NCBI GenBank assembly: GCA_050115495.1
Contig: JASFQK010000012.1
Location: forward strand, 64,001-128,000
Length of the DNA stretch: 64,000 nucleotides
Source: Phycisphaerae bacterium
Lineage (GTDB): Bacteria; Planctomycetota; Phycisphaerae; UBA1845; Fen-1342
Direction: 5' to 3'
Under the pieces are notes generated by a model, which did not search any database, had not been told where the DNA came from, and saw only the letters and a program-made list of their open reading frames with translations. The position numbers and the translations under genes are program-made. Shown here one piece after another: positions 21,276 through 31,330 of the stretch (positions are counted from its first letter, which is position 1; each line of letters starts with the position of its first letter).

Positions 21276-24254
21276 CTACGGCGATTCGTTCAACAGCGCT
21301 TCAAACGCCGGCTGCGTCGTCAACGGCCCCAGCCGCTCGTCAGCTTTCAGCTCCTCCGCCTGCACCTGGCCCGACGCCAGCCCCGCCCGCAGCACCGCCA
21401 GCGCCTCCTCCGTCGCCCCCGTCTGCGCCAGGCACGCCGCCAGGGACACGAGCGTTCGGCGGTCGCCGGGTTCGATTCGCCACGCCTGCCGCAGGTAGTC
21501 CAGCGCCACCTCCGGCTGCCCAGCTTCACTGGCCTCCGCCGCGTACTGCCGCAGCCCCTCGGCGATCTCCGCCAGGCTCGCCCCTCGCACCGGAGCGAAC
21601 ACTGCCGGCCACAGGTTGCCCAACGCCTCCAGCAGTTCCGCGACCTCAGCGCTCGGCGCGGCGTTCATCGCGCGGGCATCCCCGATCGACATGGCGAGAT
21701 CCAGGTTGCACGGATCCAGCCGGTAACCGTCCAGCCGGATGCGCAACGACCGAGCGGTCTCGCCGCGAGCCCAGGCCTCCCGTGAGCGCCTGCACGCCCG
21801 CCGCGCCGCCACCACCCCCGCCGTTTCCGCGCGCAGATCTGGCGGCGCCGCGGCCTCCCCGTCGGCGAGCAGGTCCTCCAGCGGAGCCCCTTGCAGCACA
21901 TCGAACTCCGTCGCCAGCGTCTCCTCCTGCCCGCTGTACAGGTAGCGCGGGCACGAGAATTCGAGCAGGGCGTTATCGTCCGTGTGAATCGGCGCATCGG
22001 CGCACCACGCCCGCAATGCCTCGTCCCCGGCGACGTACCGGCCGAGGATGTGCGCCGGCCGGTGCAGCCCGATGCGGTACAGATCCGCCCGCACCGCCGG
22101 CAGCTCGAACCGCCGCAGCAGTTCGTCCACGTCGACCGCCTGCGGACTTGGGCTGGCCATCATCAGGTAGTCGTTACTCGTCAGCTTCCACAACGACACC
22201 GAGCCGTACACGTCGAACAGCGTCCGCACCACCATGCGGAAGTCGTCCACCGACATCATGTACCCGTGCAGCCACACCGCCAGCAGCCCGTCGTCGGTGA
22301 GCCGCGCCCGGCTCAGCTCGAAGAACTCGCGCGTGAACAGGTTGGACACGCCGGCGATCCACGGGTTCGACGGCTCCGAGATGATGACGTCGTAGCGCAC
22401 GTCCGTCAGCAGCAGATGGTTCCGGCCGTCGGCCCGCACCATTCGTACGCGCGGGTCGTCGGTCAGCACGTGGTACGTGTACGGGGCGAACAGCGCCGCT
22501 GCCTTGATGACCTCGTCGCTGATCTCGACGCAATCGAGCTGTCGGAACTCGGGATAGCGGGCCAGCGCGGCCAGCGTCATGCCCGATCCCAGTCCGATCA
22601 CGCAGGCCCGCTCCTGCCTGCCGGCCACCAGCGCCGGCACGTGCCCGAGCAAGAGCTGCGTGGTCATGTCTCGCGGCCCGGTCGAGGCATCCGGCTTGCC
22701 GTTGACGGTGAGGGCGATGTGTTCGGCGTGCCCGACCGACTGCAGCACGGCCACCGTCATGTCCACGCCTTCGCCGTAGTACACGACTTCCCGGTGTTGT
22801 ATGAGTTTCTCGACGTCGCCCTGGATGAAATACGGCGCGATCGTGAGCAAGCGCGGGTCCCAGCGGCCCGCCCCGACCGCCACCACCGGGATCAGCACCA
22901 GCACTCCCGCCGGCAGCAGCAGCCGTCGCACGAGGAACGATCCCGCCGTCGGCCGCGCGCTGAACCACAATGCCGCCCCCGCGACGCCGTTGAGCGCACT
23001 CGCCAGCACGATCGAGCTCTGCACGCCCAGCACGTCGCTGCGAATCAGCACAAAGCCCGCCAGGAACGAGCCGGCAATCGTACCCAACGTATTCACCGCG
23101 TACGCCCGGCCGGTCACGGCTCCCGCCTCGTCACCGGCGCCCGCCAGGGCGCGAATCACCAGCGGGAAGATCGCCCCCATCAGCAGCGTCGGCACGATCG
23201 TCACGGCCAGCACCAGCAGGAACTCCCAGCGCAGCAGCGCCCCGTAGTCCTGGTAGTGCTCCGCGACAAGCGAGCGCACGAACAGCGGGATGTACCCGTG
23301 CAACGGCACGATCAGCACCGCGATCAGGCCGATCGCCAGCTCCAGTCCGCCGAGAATCAGCACCGGATCCGTCCAGCGGTCCGCCCAGCGGGCCACGATC
23401 AGGCTGCCCAGCGCCAATCCGAGGATGAACGCCGCCAGGATACACGTGAACGAATACGTGCTCGACCCGAGCGACATGATCAGCGCCCGCGTCCACGTGA
23501 TCTGGTAGACCATCGCCGCGAAGCCCGACACGGCGAACGCGACGAGCACGATCGCCCGCACGCCAGGCGTCAGCGGCGGAGCGCTGGGTTCGTCGCCGGC
23601 TGTCGTCGCCGGCACCGGTCGTGAACGCACCGGCCGCCACAGCCATACCAGCGCCGTCAGCCCGATCGCCGCGTTGACGGCCGCGGCCAGCCACGTCGTA
23701 TGTCGCAGTCCGAACGTCGGAATCAGCCACAGCCCCGCCGCCAGCACGCCGAGCACCGCCCCGAACGTATTGATTCCGTACAGGTGCCCGACGCTCTGTC
23801 CCAGTCGTCCACCGGCCAGCGTCACGTGCCGCACCAGGATCGGCAGTGTCGCTCCCATGCACGTCGTCGGAATCAAGAGCACGAGGCCGCTCGCCGCGAA
23901 CCGCAGCGCCGTCAGCAGCGCCGGCATCTCCGCCACGTGCGGATACAGCCCGCGGTACAACGGCTCGGCCAGCGTCAGCAGCCACGGCACGAGCAGCGCG
24001 TACGCGCCGATCCCGATCTCCAGCAATCCGTACACCCGCCCCGGTGCCTCCAGCCGCCGGCACCACCGCCCGCCCAGGTAGCTGCCCAGGCCGAGCCCGG
24101 CCATGAACGCCACCAGCACGGTCGTAATCGCATACGTGGTTCCCCCGAACACGAAGACGAGCTGCCGCACCCAGACCAGTTCGTAGACCAGCCCCGCCGC
24201 ACCGGAGAGCAGGAAAAGAACGTACAGCACCGCCTGACGCACACCGCACCTCAT
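21276..24254 (-). CDS. Fused MFS-like/spermidine synthase with C-terminal TPR-like helices
   Basis: SGAAGLVYELVW, YGINTFGA and a repeated TM module; VIGLGSG, VEIS, ADGR, DVIISEPSNPW. Confidence 0.88.
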   Translation of the reverse strand: MRCGVRQAVLYVLFLLSGAAGLVYELVWVRQLVFVFGGTTYAITTVLVAFMAGLGLGSYLGGRWCRRLEAPGRVYGLLEIGIGAYALLVPWLLTLAEPLYRGLYPHVAEMPALLTALRFAASGLVLLIPTTCMGATLPILVRHVTLAGGRLGQSVGHLYGINTFGAVLGVLAAGLWLIPTFGLRHTTWLAAAVNAAIGLTALVWLWRPVRSRPVPATTAGDEPSAPPLTPGVRAIVLVAFAVSGFAAMVYQITWTRALIMSLGSSTYSFTCILAAFILGLALGSLIVARWADRWTDPVLILGGLELAIGLIAVLIVPLHGYIPLFVRSLVAEHYQDYGALLRWEFLLVLAVTIVPTLLMGAIFPLVIRALAGAGDEAGAVTGRAYAVNTLGTIAGSFLAGFVLIRSDVLGVQSSIVLASALNGVAGAALWFSARPTAGSFLVRRLLLPAGVLVLIPVVAVGAGRWDPRLLTIAPYFIQGDVEKLIQHREVVYYGEGVDMTVAVLQSVGHAEHIALTVNGKPDASTGPRDMTTQLLLGHVPALVAGRQERACVIGLGSGMTLAALARYPEFRQLDCVEISDEVIKAAALFAPYTYHVLTDDPRVRMVRADGRNHLLLTDVRYDVIISEPSNPWIAGVSNLFTREFFELSRARLTDDGLLAVWLHGYMMSVDDFRMVVRTLFDVYGSVSLWKLTSNDYLMMASPSPQAVDVDELLRRFELPAVRADLYRIGLHRPAHILGRYVAGDEALRAWCADAPIHTDDNALLEFSCPRYLYSGQEETLATEFDVLQGAPLEDLLADGEAAAPPDLRAETAGVVAARRACRRSREAWARGETARSLRIRLDGYRLDPCNLDLAMSIGDARAMNAAPSAEVAELLEALGNLWPAVFAPVRGASLAEIAEGLRQYAAEASEAGQPEVALDYLRQAWRIEPGDRRTLVSLAACLAQTGATEEALAVLRAGLASGQVQAEELKADERLGPLTTQPAFEALLNESP

Positions 24255-24339
24255 CACCACGATCGTGCGATTAGAGCGCACGCCACACCCCGCGTCAATC
24301 CGGTGTCCCCCGTCCCCCTCCGCCGGCATGCCCCGTGGC

Positions 24340-27300
24340 TCACGAAGCCGGCTTGTCTTCCGTCTCCGGCGTTGCCGACGTGTCCGTCGTTGCTTGCAGC
24401 CGCGTCAGCCGCCGCTGCCAAGCCGATCGTCGCCGCAGTGGATTCCGCACAAACATCAGCAGGCCGATCCCGCCCACGCCGACCAGGGCGATCAGTCCGG
24501 CCAATACCGCGTGCCGTTCGCGGTTCCGGCCGGCGATCTTCTCGACCGTCACGCCTCGCAGCACGAGCGAGGGGGCCGTCGTCGTCTGTCCCGCCAGAGC
24601 CTGCTGCTTCGCCAGCGCCTCCAGGTCCTTGCCAATCCGGGCGAGTTCCGCGTCGCAGTGGCTCAGTTCGAGCTCCGCCGCGGCCCGCTGGGCGACCTCT
24701 TCCTCCAGACTGCGCAGCCGGTCCAGCGCCGCGCTGAACTCGCTCAGCAGCGTCTCCCGCCGTTGCTCGGCCGCCTCGACCGCCTGCTGAACTTCGAGGA
24801 CGTGGGCCGCGTGCTCGGCCCGGGCTTTCTCGTCCGCCTCGAATTGCAGCCGTTGCCGGATCGACGCCTCACGCTGCTCCATCCGCGTTCTCAGCCCGCG
24901 AAGCTGCCGGTCGAGCGCGTCCAGCCGGAAGTTCTTCGCCAGGTCGGTCTGCCCCGAGGCCTCGACCAGCGCCGCCAGGGATGTGCTGATCTTGCTCAGC
25001 TCATCCCGCAGCAGGGCGGCGACCACCACCGACCGCGTCCCACCGTCGGAAGCTTCCGTCAGCTCCTTCAGGTGCCCGTTCAGCTTCTCGATCAGCGACC
25101 GCCCCAGCCCGGCGAGCTGCGCCGTCTCGTCGTACGCCGTATGCTGCTGGCGGATGAGGTCGGCGATCTGCTCCTCCGGTTCGAGTTCCCGCGCCCCCTC
25201 GATCAGCGTTTGCCAGCGTTCCCGGGCCGCACCCAGTGTTTTGTCCGCCTCGGCGATTTCCGCCGCACATTGCTCCAAAACCGTCGCCAGCGCCGCCGGC
25301 GGCTGAAGCTGCCGCTGCTCCTCCAGCGTCGTCCCGAACGCCCGCACCACCCGCTGAAACTCGCTCAGCGGATCCACGACCAGCAGCAGGGCCACCGTCA
25401 ATTCGCTGCGGTAGCTCGTGGCGTTGGCTCGAAACTCCTTCGCGTCCTCGTTGTGCACGTCGTCCGTCGCCAGACCGGTCGCCATCGCGACGGGCGACAC
25501 CGTCCCCCGCGGCACCGGCCCGCCGAGTAGAACCGACAATTCGCCCCGCTGCTGCACAAGCGCTTCGCTGAGCGCCTCGAACTCCTCGCGCAGCCGATCG
25601 GCAGTCTCCCGCGCCTCGTCCCGCTGTGCCACGGTGGCCAGCGCCGCCGCCTGCGTGGCGTGCACCTGCCGCCGATCCTGCCAAGTCTTCCGCTCGGCCT
25701 CGAGCGCCGCCGCCCGCGCGGTCAGATCCGGTCCCGCCGAGCTGCCCGGCTCGGCCGGCATATTCGCCCCTGCCTCGCAGTAGCCGGTGGCCACCCAGGT
25801 CACCACGTCCCGAACGTCCGTGGCATTCGGCCCATCCAGCGACACCCGCAGCGCCGGCCCGTTCGTTCCCTCCGCCAGGTTCACGTCGGCCGCCGCCCAC
25901 GTCCCCGTCAGGGCTTCCTCCCCCAGCAGCTCGGCCACCGCGTCCGGCCGCTGCAACCGCCGCCGATGTGCTTCGACAACTTCCTGCGCCGCCGGGCTGT
26001 CGCCGCTCAACGCCATCTCGGCCATGGCCCGGTACACCGGCGTCTCCGTCCGCCACCAGACGTATCCCGCGACCAACCCCGCCAGCACGGCCAGCACGGC
26101 CGCCCGCCGTTGCCAATGCGGCGGCGCAACCAGGGGCTCGACCAGTACCGGCGTCGGCACCGATGTCGGGGCTTCAGCCGGGGTCGCCTCCGCCGGTTTC
26201 TCGGCCAATGCTTCCTGCATCCGCGCCAACTCAGCTCCGGCCTCTTCCCGCTGTCGCCTAAGCTCCGTCTGCGCCACGGTCAATGTCCCCCGTTGCTGTT
26301 CCAGCTCGGCCCGCTCTACTTCCACCGAAAGCTGCCGTTGCCGGATCTCCGCGTCACGTGCCTCGGCCTGTTCTTGCAGGTTGGTTGTTTCGGCCCGCCG
26401 CTGCTCGATCGCGTGCAGCCGCTCTTCCGCTTGCCGCGTCAGCTCGTCCAGCGTCCCGCGCTTCGCCACCATGTCGGCTTCGATTTCCGCCAGTCGCTGC
26501 GCTTCTGTCTGGAGCGTGGCGGCCCGGGCCCGAAGCTGCTGGTCGTAGCTCTCCAGCCGCCGCAGCCGCTGCTCGAACGTGGCCTGCTGTGCCTGGAGGA
26601 TACGCCGCCGCCCCTCGATCTCTTCCGCCCGGCGGGCCAGCGTCGTCCGCTCCGACCGCGTCTCACGCCAGCGCTGGTCCAGCTCCTGCTGCCGCCGAAC
26701 GAGCGTGTATCGTTGGTTTTCGAGTTCCCCCAGCGCCTCATCGACGCCGCCCCCCTGCTCCCCGCCGCCACCACTGCGGTTGGTTCCGTGCTGCCGGGCT
26801 TGCGTCTCGACCGCCCGGGCGTGCAGTTCGGCCATCTCCCGCTGGAGTGCCGTCCGCCGGGCCTGAAGCTGCTGCTCGTACTGCTCGAGCTCGGTGCTCC
26901 GCGTCCGCAGGGTGGAGGCCTGTTGTTCGAGCTCCTGCCGCTGCTTCACCACGTCGCCATGGGCTCGGGCAACCCGCCGCTCCAGTTCGCTTTCGCGCTT
27001 TCGAACCTTCGTGATCCGCTGCCGCAGCCGCCGCCGCTGTTCCTGGTGCTCCTGCGTGATCGCCTGGGCATGCCGCTGCAACCGCTGCAACTCGCCGGAG
27101 ATCTCGCGCTGGGCCTGCTCCTGCTCGACCTGGCGCACGGTCAACTTCTGTTCGAGCTCATCGAGCCGAGCGGCGCGGGCCGTCAGGTCGACCGCCTGGG
27201 CGTCGAGCTCGTCGCTGCGCCGCCGGAGCCGGGCCTGGGCCGCCGCCCACTCCTGCTCCGCGGCGTCACGGGCCGCCCGTTCGAGCTGCTCGTAGGCCGC

Positions 27301-27486
27301 CTCGCTGGCCGCTTCCCGTTCGCCCTGGCTGCGTTCGTGGCCGGACAGCTTGTCGATCCGCTCGCGGATTTCCCCCACGATCGGGCGCATTCGCTCACGC
27401 ACATCGTCGGCGCCACCGGGGCGCGACGACCCGCGCTCCCCGCTTCCGCCTCGCGTTCGTTTCCCTTGTTCGGGCGACCTGTCCAT
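24340..27486 (-). CDS. Large coiled-coil membrane protein with two TM helices
   Basis: About 450 aa E/Q/R-rich heptad region, TM helix (AAVLAVLAGLVAGYVWW) followed by PVYRA, a helical domain, and a second TM near the C-terminus. Confidence 0.75.
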   Translation of the reverse strand: MDRSPEQGKRTRGGSGERGSSRPGGADDVRERMRPIVGEIRERIDKLSGHERSQGEREAASEAAYEQLERAARDAAEQEWAAAQARLRRRSDELDAQAVDLTARAARLDELEQKLTVRQVEQEQAQREISGELQRLQRHAQAITQEHQEQRRRLRQRITKVRKRESELERRVARAHGDVVKQRQELEQQASTLRTRSTELEQYEQQLQARRTALQREMAELHARAVETQARQHGTNRSGGGGEQGGGVDEALGELENQRYTLVRRQQELDQRWRETRSERTTLARRAEEIEGRRRILQAQQATFEQRLRRLESYDQQLRARAATLQTEAQRLAEIEADMVAKRGTLDELTRQAEERLHAIEQRRAETTNLQEQAEARDAEIRQRQLSVEVERAELEQQRGTLTVAQTELRRQREEAGAELARMQEALAEKPAEATPAEAPTSVPTPVLVEPLVAPPHWQRRAAVLAVLAGLVAGYVWWRTETPVYRAMAEMALSGDSPAAQEVVEAHRRRLQRPDAVAELLGEEALTGTWAAADVNLAEGTNGPALRVSLDGPNATDVRDVVTWVATGYCEAGANMPAEPGSSAGPDLTARAAALEAERKTWQDRRQVHATQAAALATVAQRDEARETADRLREEFEALSEALVQQRGELSVLLGGPVPRGTVSPVAMATGLATDDVHNEDAKEFRANATSYRSELTVALLLVVDPLSEFQRVVRAFGTTLEEQRQLQPPAALATVLEQCAAEIAEADKTLGAARERWQTLIEGARELEPEEQIADLIRQQHTAYDETAQLAGLGRSLIEKLNGHLKELTEASDGGTRSVVVAALLRDELSKISTSLAALVEASGQTDLAKNFRLDALDRQLRGLRTRMEQREASIRQRLQFEADEKARAEHAAHVLEVQQAVEAAEQRRETLLSEFSAALDRLRSLEEEVAQRAAAELELSHCDAELARIGKDLEALAKQQALAGQTTTAPSLVLRGVTVEKIAGRNRERHAVLAGLIALVGVGGIGLLMFVRNPLRRRSAWQRRLTRLQATTDTSATPETEDKPAS

Positions 27487-27625
27487 CACCACGTCTGGTT
27501 AGCCCTGCCGGGCGTCTCCCTGATCCACCGCACGCCGTGGCCGCATTATACCCTACCTATCGGCGTGGATTTCTCCCGCGGGCCACGCGCAGGAACCGCG
27601 CTTCTCTCCGCCGCCGTCCGCCGTC

Positions 27626-28342
27626 TCAGGCCAGCCGGCCCAGTTGCTTCAGCGTGGCCGCCAGGTCCCGGGGCAGCGGCGCCCAGACGCTCATCCGCTC
27701 CCCGCTGGCCGGCGAGACGAACTCGGCCGCCGCCGCATGTAGCGTCAGCCGGGCACATAGCGGCCGCTCCTCCTGCCGCCGATTCGGACGATACCCCGAC
27801 TTGTAGAACGAAAGCAACAGGGGCTGCTCGCTGCCGTACTGGCTGTCCACGCTGACGGGATGCCCGATCGCCGCGAGGTGGGCCCGCACCTGCTGCCGCC
27901 GCTCGGCATCCGGCCGGCATTCCAGCCACGTATTCCCCGCCACCCGTTCGACCACCCGGTACGTCGTCCGCACGGATTTCCCCCGCCCACCGGCGGCCTC
28001 CAGCCGCTGGCTCCGCCGATCGAACCGTAGCGGCAGGTCGACTTCGCCGTTTTCCGTCACGTAGCCACTGACCAACGCGTGGTAGACGATCGTGGCCCCG
28101 CCGTTGGCGAGCTGTCCCCGCAACGCCTCATACGCCGCATCCGACCGGGCACACAGCATCACCCCGCTCGCGCCCCCGTCCGGCCGATAGGCCACCCGCA
28201 GCCGCTCGTCCCCGGCCAGTTCCGGCAGCCGCCGAAGATCGCTCTCCGTCACCTCGCCCTCGCCGCCCGGCTGGTCCACGACGGCGCACTGCTCGTCTAC
28301 GTACAGGATCGCCAGCGAAGATGGAGCGGAGCGCTTGCTCAT
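27626..28342 (-). CDS. RluA-family pseudouridine synthase (divergent)
   Basis: ILYVD...VVDQPGG, YRPDGGASGVML, YHALVSG, QQVRAHLAAIGHP..D..YG, RLTLHA. Confidence 0.8.
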   Translation of the reverse strand: MSKRSAPSSLAILYVDEQCAVVDQPGGEGEVTESDLRRLPELAGDERLRVAYRPDGGASGVMLCARSDAAYEALRGQLANGGATIVYHALVSGYVTENGEVDLPLRFDRRSQRLEAAGGRGKSVRTTYRVVERVAGNTWLECRPDAERRQQVRAHLAAIGHPVSVDSQYGSEQPLLLSFYKSGYRPNRRQEERPLCARLTLHAAAAEFVSPASGERMSVWAPLPRDLAATLKQLGRLA

Positions 28343-30180
28343 CAGGGCGTGTGGTCTTCCCGGGGCACCAGGTGCAACTGAACCGAGCGTTCCCCGAGCA
28401 CCGTCACCCCGTCCGGCACGTCGAATTGCACCCGCCGCAGCACCGGATTCGGCGTCAGCAGGTCGCTGGTGATGGTGACGTAGGCCCGCACGTCCCGGGG
28501 CTGGAGTGCATTGACCACCGATTCATCCCCCGCCACCTCGATCTCGATCAGCCATTCCTGCGGATCCGCCCGCACCACCTGGTACCCGTCGAGCATCTCC
28601 GGAATCGCCGAATACTCCACCGGCACCCGCGACAGCCGCCGGGTCGCCCGTTGCCCCACGATGTGCAGCGACAGATCCACCTGCCGCGGCTGACGGTTGA
28701 CCAGGGCTTTCCCGCGGATCCGCTCCGGCACCTGCACGCCCGGCAGCGTGATCGCCTGGCCCGGCACCGCCCGGCTGAGCTGCTCGCTCAGCGGCAGCAC
28801 CAGAACGCGATCCGTCGGCGGCAACTCCTCGAGGTCCCCCCGCCGCAGCGTCACCTGCACTTCCGCCGGCTCGATCCGCAGGTTTTCCACCCGTGCCGTT
28901 CCCGTGTCCGCGCTAACCGGCAGCGAAACCGTCACCAGCTCCTGCACCCGGAAGTTCAGCGACCCCGGCGACACGTCCGCCACCGACAGCCCCCGCGCCC
29001 GGATCTTCGGCAGGCTGTTGATCAACTCCACGGCCGAACGCTGGTTGACCTCGTTCGCCCCCAGCCGGTAGTCCTCCGCCACCCAGTCCACGCGCAAGGG
29101 ATTCGCCGTCGTGTAGTCACGCAGCGCGTCGACCTCGCGGGCCGCCCCGCGGAACGTCACCTGGAAGATTGCCCCCTGCGGTTCGGCCACGTCCACGATC
29201 CGCTGCGGATCGTTGATCCGCACGTCGAGCTGCACCGCCACCGGTGCCGATTCCGTCTGCGTCCACTGGTTGGCCACGATCCAGATCGCCAGCGTCAGCG
29301 GCACGACCACCATCAGCCGCCGCAGCACACGCCACGCCCGTCGCGCCAGCGGCCGCCGCTCCTTGCTCTCCGGCGTGCTCGTCACCGGCACGCCGCTCAG
29401 CCGCGCCGTCAGCTCGTCCGCCAGATCGTCGAGCGACAGAAAGCGGGTCAGTTTGCCGTTGTCCGCCAGCGAGATCGTCCCCGTCTCTTCCGAGACCACC
29501 AGCACCAAGGCGTCCGACTCGTAGCTCATGCCCAATGCCGCCAGGTGTCGGCTGCCCAGGGCCGTCCCCACCTCGTCGCTTTCGGCCACCGGGAACTGGC
29601 AATTCGCCGCCACCGCCCGGTTGCCGGCGATCACCACGCCCAGATCGTGCAGCGGCGAGTTCGGGAAGAAGATCGTGTTCAACAGGTTGGCCGACACTTC
29701 GGCGTTCAGCAGCGTGCCCTTCTCGGCCCAGCCGCTCAGATCCACCGCCCGCTGTATGGCCACCAGCCCCCCGTACCGGTTCTTCGACAAGTATCGCGCC
29801 GACTTCACCAGCGCCGTGATCACCTTCGACTGCCGCGTCCCGCGACGCAGGAACCCCACGTCGCCCGCCCGAATGACCGCCCGCCGCAATTCCGGCTGAA
29901 ACGCCACCAGGGCGATGAACACCAGCCCGAGCACGAAGAATCGATACAGCAGTTCCAGCCGCGGCCAGCCGAACTGCGCCGCAATGATGTTCACCGCCAG
30001 CGTGGCGACCACCAGCACCGTCAGCACGCCGCGCAGCGGTCGGGTTCCCCGCGTACCCTGCAGAACCCCCGCGCACCAGTTCACCGAGAGCCCGATCAGC
30101 AGCAGCTCGACCATGACCGGGATCGGCTCGCTGGCGATGGCTCGTAGCCCGCCCAGGGAGTCGAAGAACGTGTCGAACAT
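28342..30180 (-). CDS. dacA: Diadenylate cyclase (CdaA-type) fused to a TM helix and YbbR/CdaR-like domains
   Basis: Three N-terminal TM helices, FQPELRR, IFFPNSPLHD, LGSRH, VVSEETGTIS; then a TM helix and beta-rich repeats (IEPAEVQVTLRRG, IEIEVAG). Confidence 0.85.
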   Translation of the reverse strand: MFDTFFDSLGGLRAIASEPIPVMVELLLIGLSVNWCAGVLQGTRGTRPLRGVLTVLVVATLAVNIIAAQFGWPRLELLYRFFVLGLVFIALVAFQPELRRAVIRAGDVGFLRRGTRQSKVITALVKSARYLSKNRYGGLVAIQRAVDLSGWAEKGTLLNAEVSANLLNTIFFPNSPLHDLGVVIAGNRAVAANCQFPVAESDEVGTALGSRHLAALGMSYESDALVLVVSEETGTISLADNGKLTRFLSLDDLADELTARLSGVPVTSTPESKERRPLARRAWRVLRRLMVVVPLTLAIWIVANQWTQTESAPVAVQLDVRINDPQRIVDVAEPQGAIFQVTFRGAAREVDALRDYTTANPLRVDWVAEDYRLGANEVNQRSAVELINSLPKIRARGLSVADVSPGSLNFRVQELVTVSLPVSADTGTARVENLRIEPAEVQVTLRRGDLEELPPTDRVLVLPLSEQLSRAVPGQAITLPGVQVPERIRGKALVNRQPRQVDLSLHIVGQRATRRLSRVPVEYSAIPEMLDGYQVVRADPQEWLIEIEVAGDESVVNALQPRDVRAYVTITSDLLTPNPVLRRVQFDVPDGVTVLGERSVQLHLVPREDHTP

Positions 30181-30189
30181 CTTCGCCAG

Positions 30190-30199
30190 AGTATAGAAT
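30190..30199. promoter_or_regulatory. Overlapping divergent -10 boxes
   Basis: TATACT on - (30195-30190, 9 nt before the dacA ATG) overlaps TAGAAT on + (30194-30199, upstream of yggS). Confidence 0.45.
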
Positions 30200-30263
30200 G
30201 AGCGTCGCCGGCTGCAATCACGGCCAGCCGCGGCCGGCGGATTTCCCCGGGAGAGCCGGCAGC

Positions 30264-31040
30264 ATGAACGCTGAAATCCCTGTCCAGCGACTCCGCGACA
30301 ACCTGCAACGGGTCCGCGAGACCGTTCAGCAGGCCTGTGCCCGCGCCGGCCGCTCGCCCGATTCCGTCTGCCTCGTCGCCGTCACCAAGTACGTCGAGCC
30401 CGCCGTTATCCGCGCCCTGCTCGCCGCCGGTGCCACCGAGATCGGCGAAAACCGCGTCCAACAGCTCTCCGCCCGGGCCACCGAGCTCGGTGCCCGCCAC
30501 GGTCCCTGGCGCGACCCGTCGGAGATCGCCACCGCCCCGCCCGATCCGCTGCCCCGCTGGCACATGATCGGCAACCTCCAGCGGAACAAGGTCAAGGCCC
30601 TGCTGCCCCACGCCCGCATCATCCACTCCCTCGATTCCATTCGCCTCGCCGACGAGCTCGCCCGCGCCGCCGCGGCGGCCGGCACCGTCGTCGACGCCTT
30701 CATCGAGGTCAACGTCGCCGGCGAGGCCAGCAAGAGCGGCCTCCCGCCGGCGGAGCTGCCCGCCCTCGTGGACGCCGTCCAGGGCGCTCCACCCCTGCGG
30801 CTCCGCGGCCTGATGACCATGCCACCGTTCGACCTCGATCCGGAGGAGGCGCGTCCCCATTTCGCCCGTCTCCGGCGGTTGCTCGAAGACCTCCAGGCCC
30901 GCCGGGCGGTGGGGCCTGAGTGCGTCCACCTGTCGATGGGCATGAGCCTTGACTACGCCGTCGCCATCGAGGAGGGGGCCACGTTCATCCGCGTCGGTTC
31001 GGCCCTGTTCGATGGCCTGTCGCCGGGCGAGACCCCGTGA
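30264..31040 (+). CDS. yggS: YggS family PLP homeostasis protein
   Basis: LVAVTK, GENRVQ, WHMIGNLQRNK, GLMTM, LSMGMS, IEEGATFIRVGSALF. Confidence 0.95.
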   Translation: MNAEIPVQRLRDNLQRVRETVQQACARAGRSPDSVCLVAVTKYVEPAVIRALLAAGATEIGENRVQQLSARATELGARHGPWRDPSEIATAPPDPLPRWHMIGNLQRNKVKALLPHARIIHSLDSIRLADELARAAAAAGTVVDAFIEVNVAGEASKSGLPPAELPALVDAVQGAPPLRLRGLMTMPPFDLDPEEARPHFARLRRLLEDLQARRAVGPECVHLSMGMSLDYAVAIEEGATFIRVGSALFDGLSPGETP

Positions 31041-31053
31041 GGAGTGCCCGGCC

Positions 31054-31317
31054 ATGAACGAGATCGATCCATTCGCCATTTTCCGCAACGTGTTGTTCGT
31101 CGCGGTGGCCGTCTACACGCTCGTGACCATGGCCGGCACGGTCACCCGTGTGGTGGTCATCCTCAGTGGCCATGACCCGCACAAGAAACTGCTCCGGGCG
31201 TGCGTGTCCTACCAGCTCGTGACCATCCGCATCCGGCCTCTCGTCGGCGAGTTACTCGAAATTGCTCTCTGGCTGGCTGTGCTCGTCGGGATCTGGCAGT
31301 TGCACGCCTTGTGTTGA
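31054..31317 (+). CDS. Small two-TM hypothetical membrane protein
   Basis: GAGGAG RBS, two hydrophobic segments, tight spacing in the yggS cluster. Confidence 0.7.
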   Translation: MNEIDPFAIFRNVLFVAVAVYTLVTMAGTVTRVVVILSGHDPHKKLLRACVSYQLVTIRIRPLVGELLEIALWLAVLVGIWQLHALC

Positions 31318-31330
31318 GGGAGGATCGTCC

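Noticed and set aside
21276..24254. Spermidine synthase motif DVIISEP instead of DVIIVDS
   Set aside because: To my knowledge this is common in the fused membrane family, so it is not distinctive.
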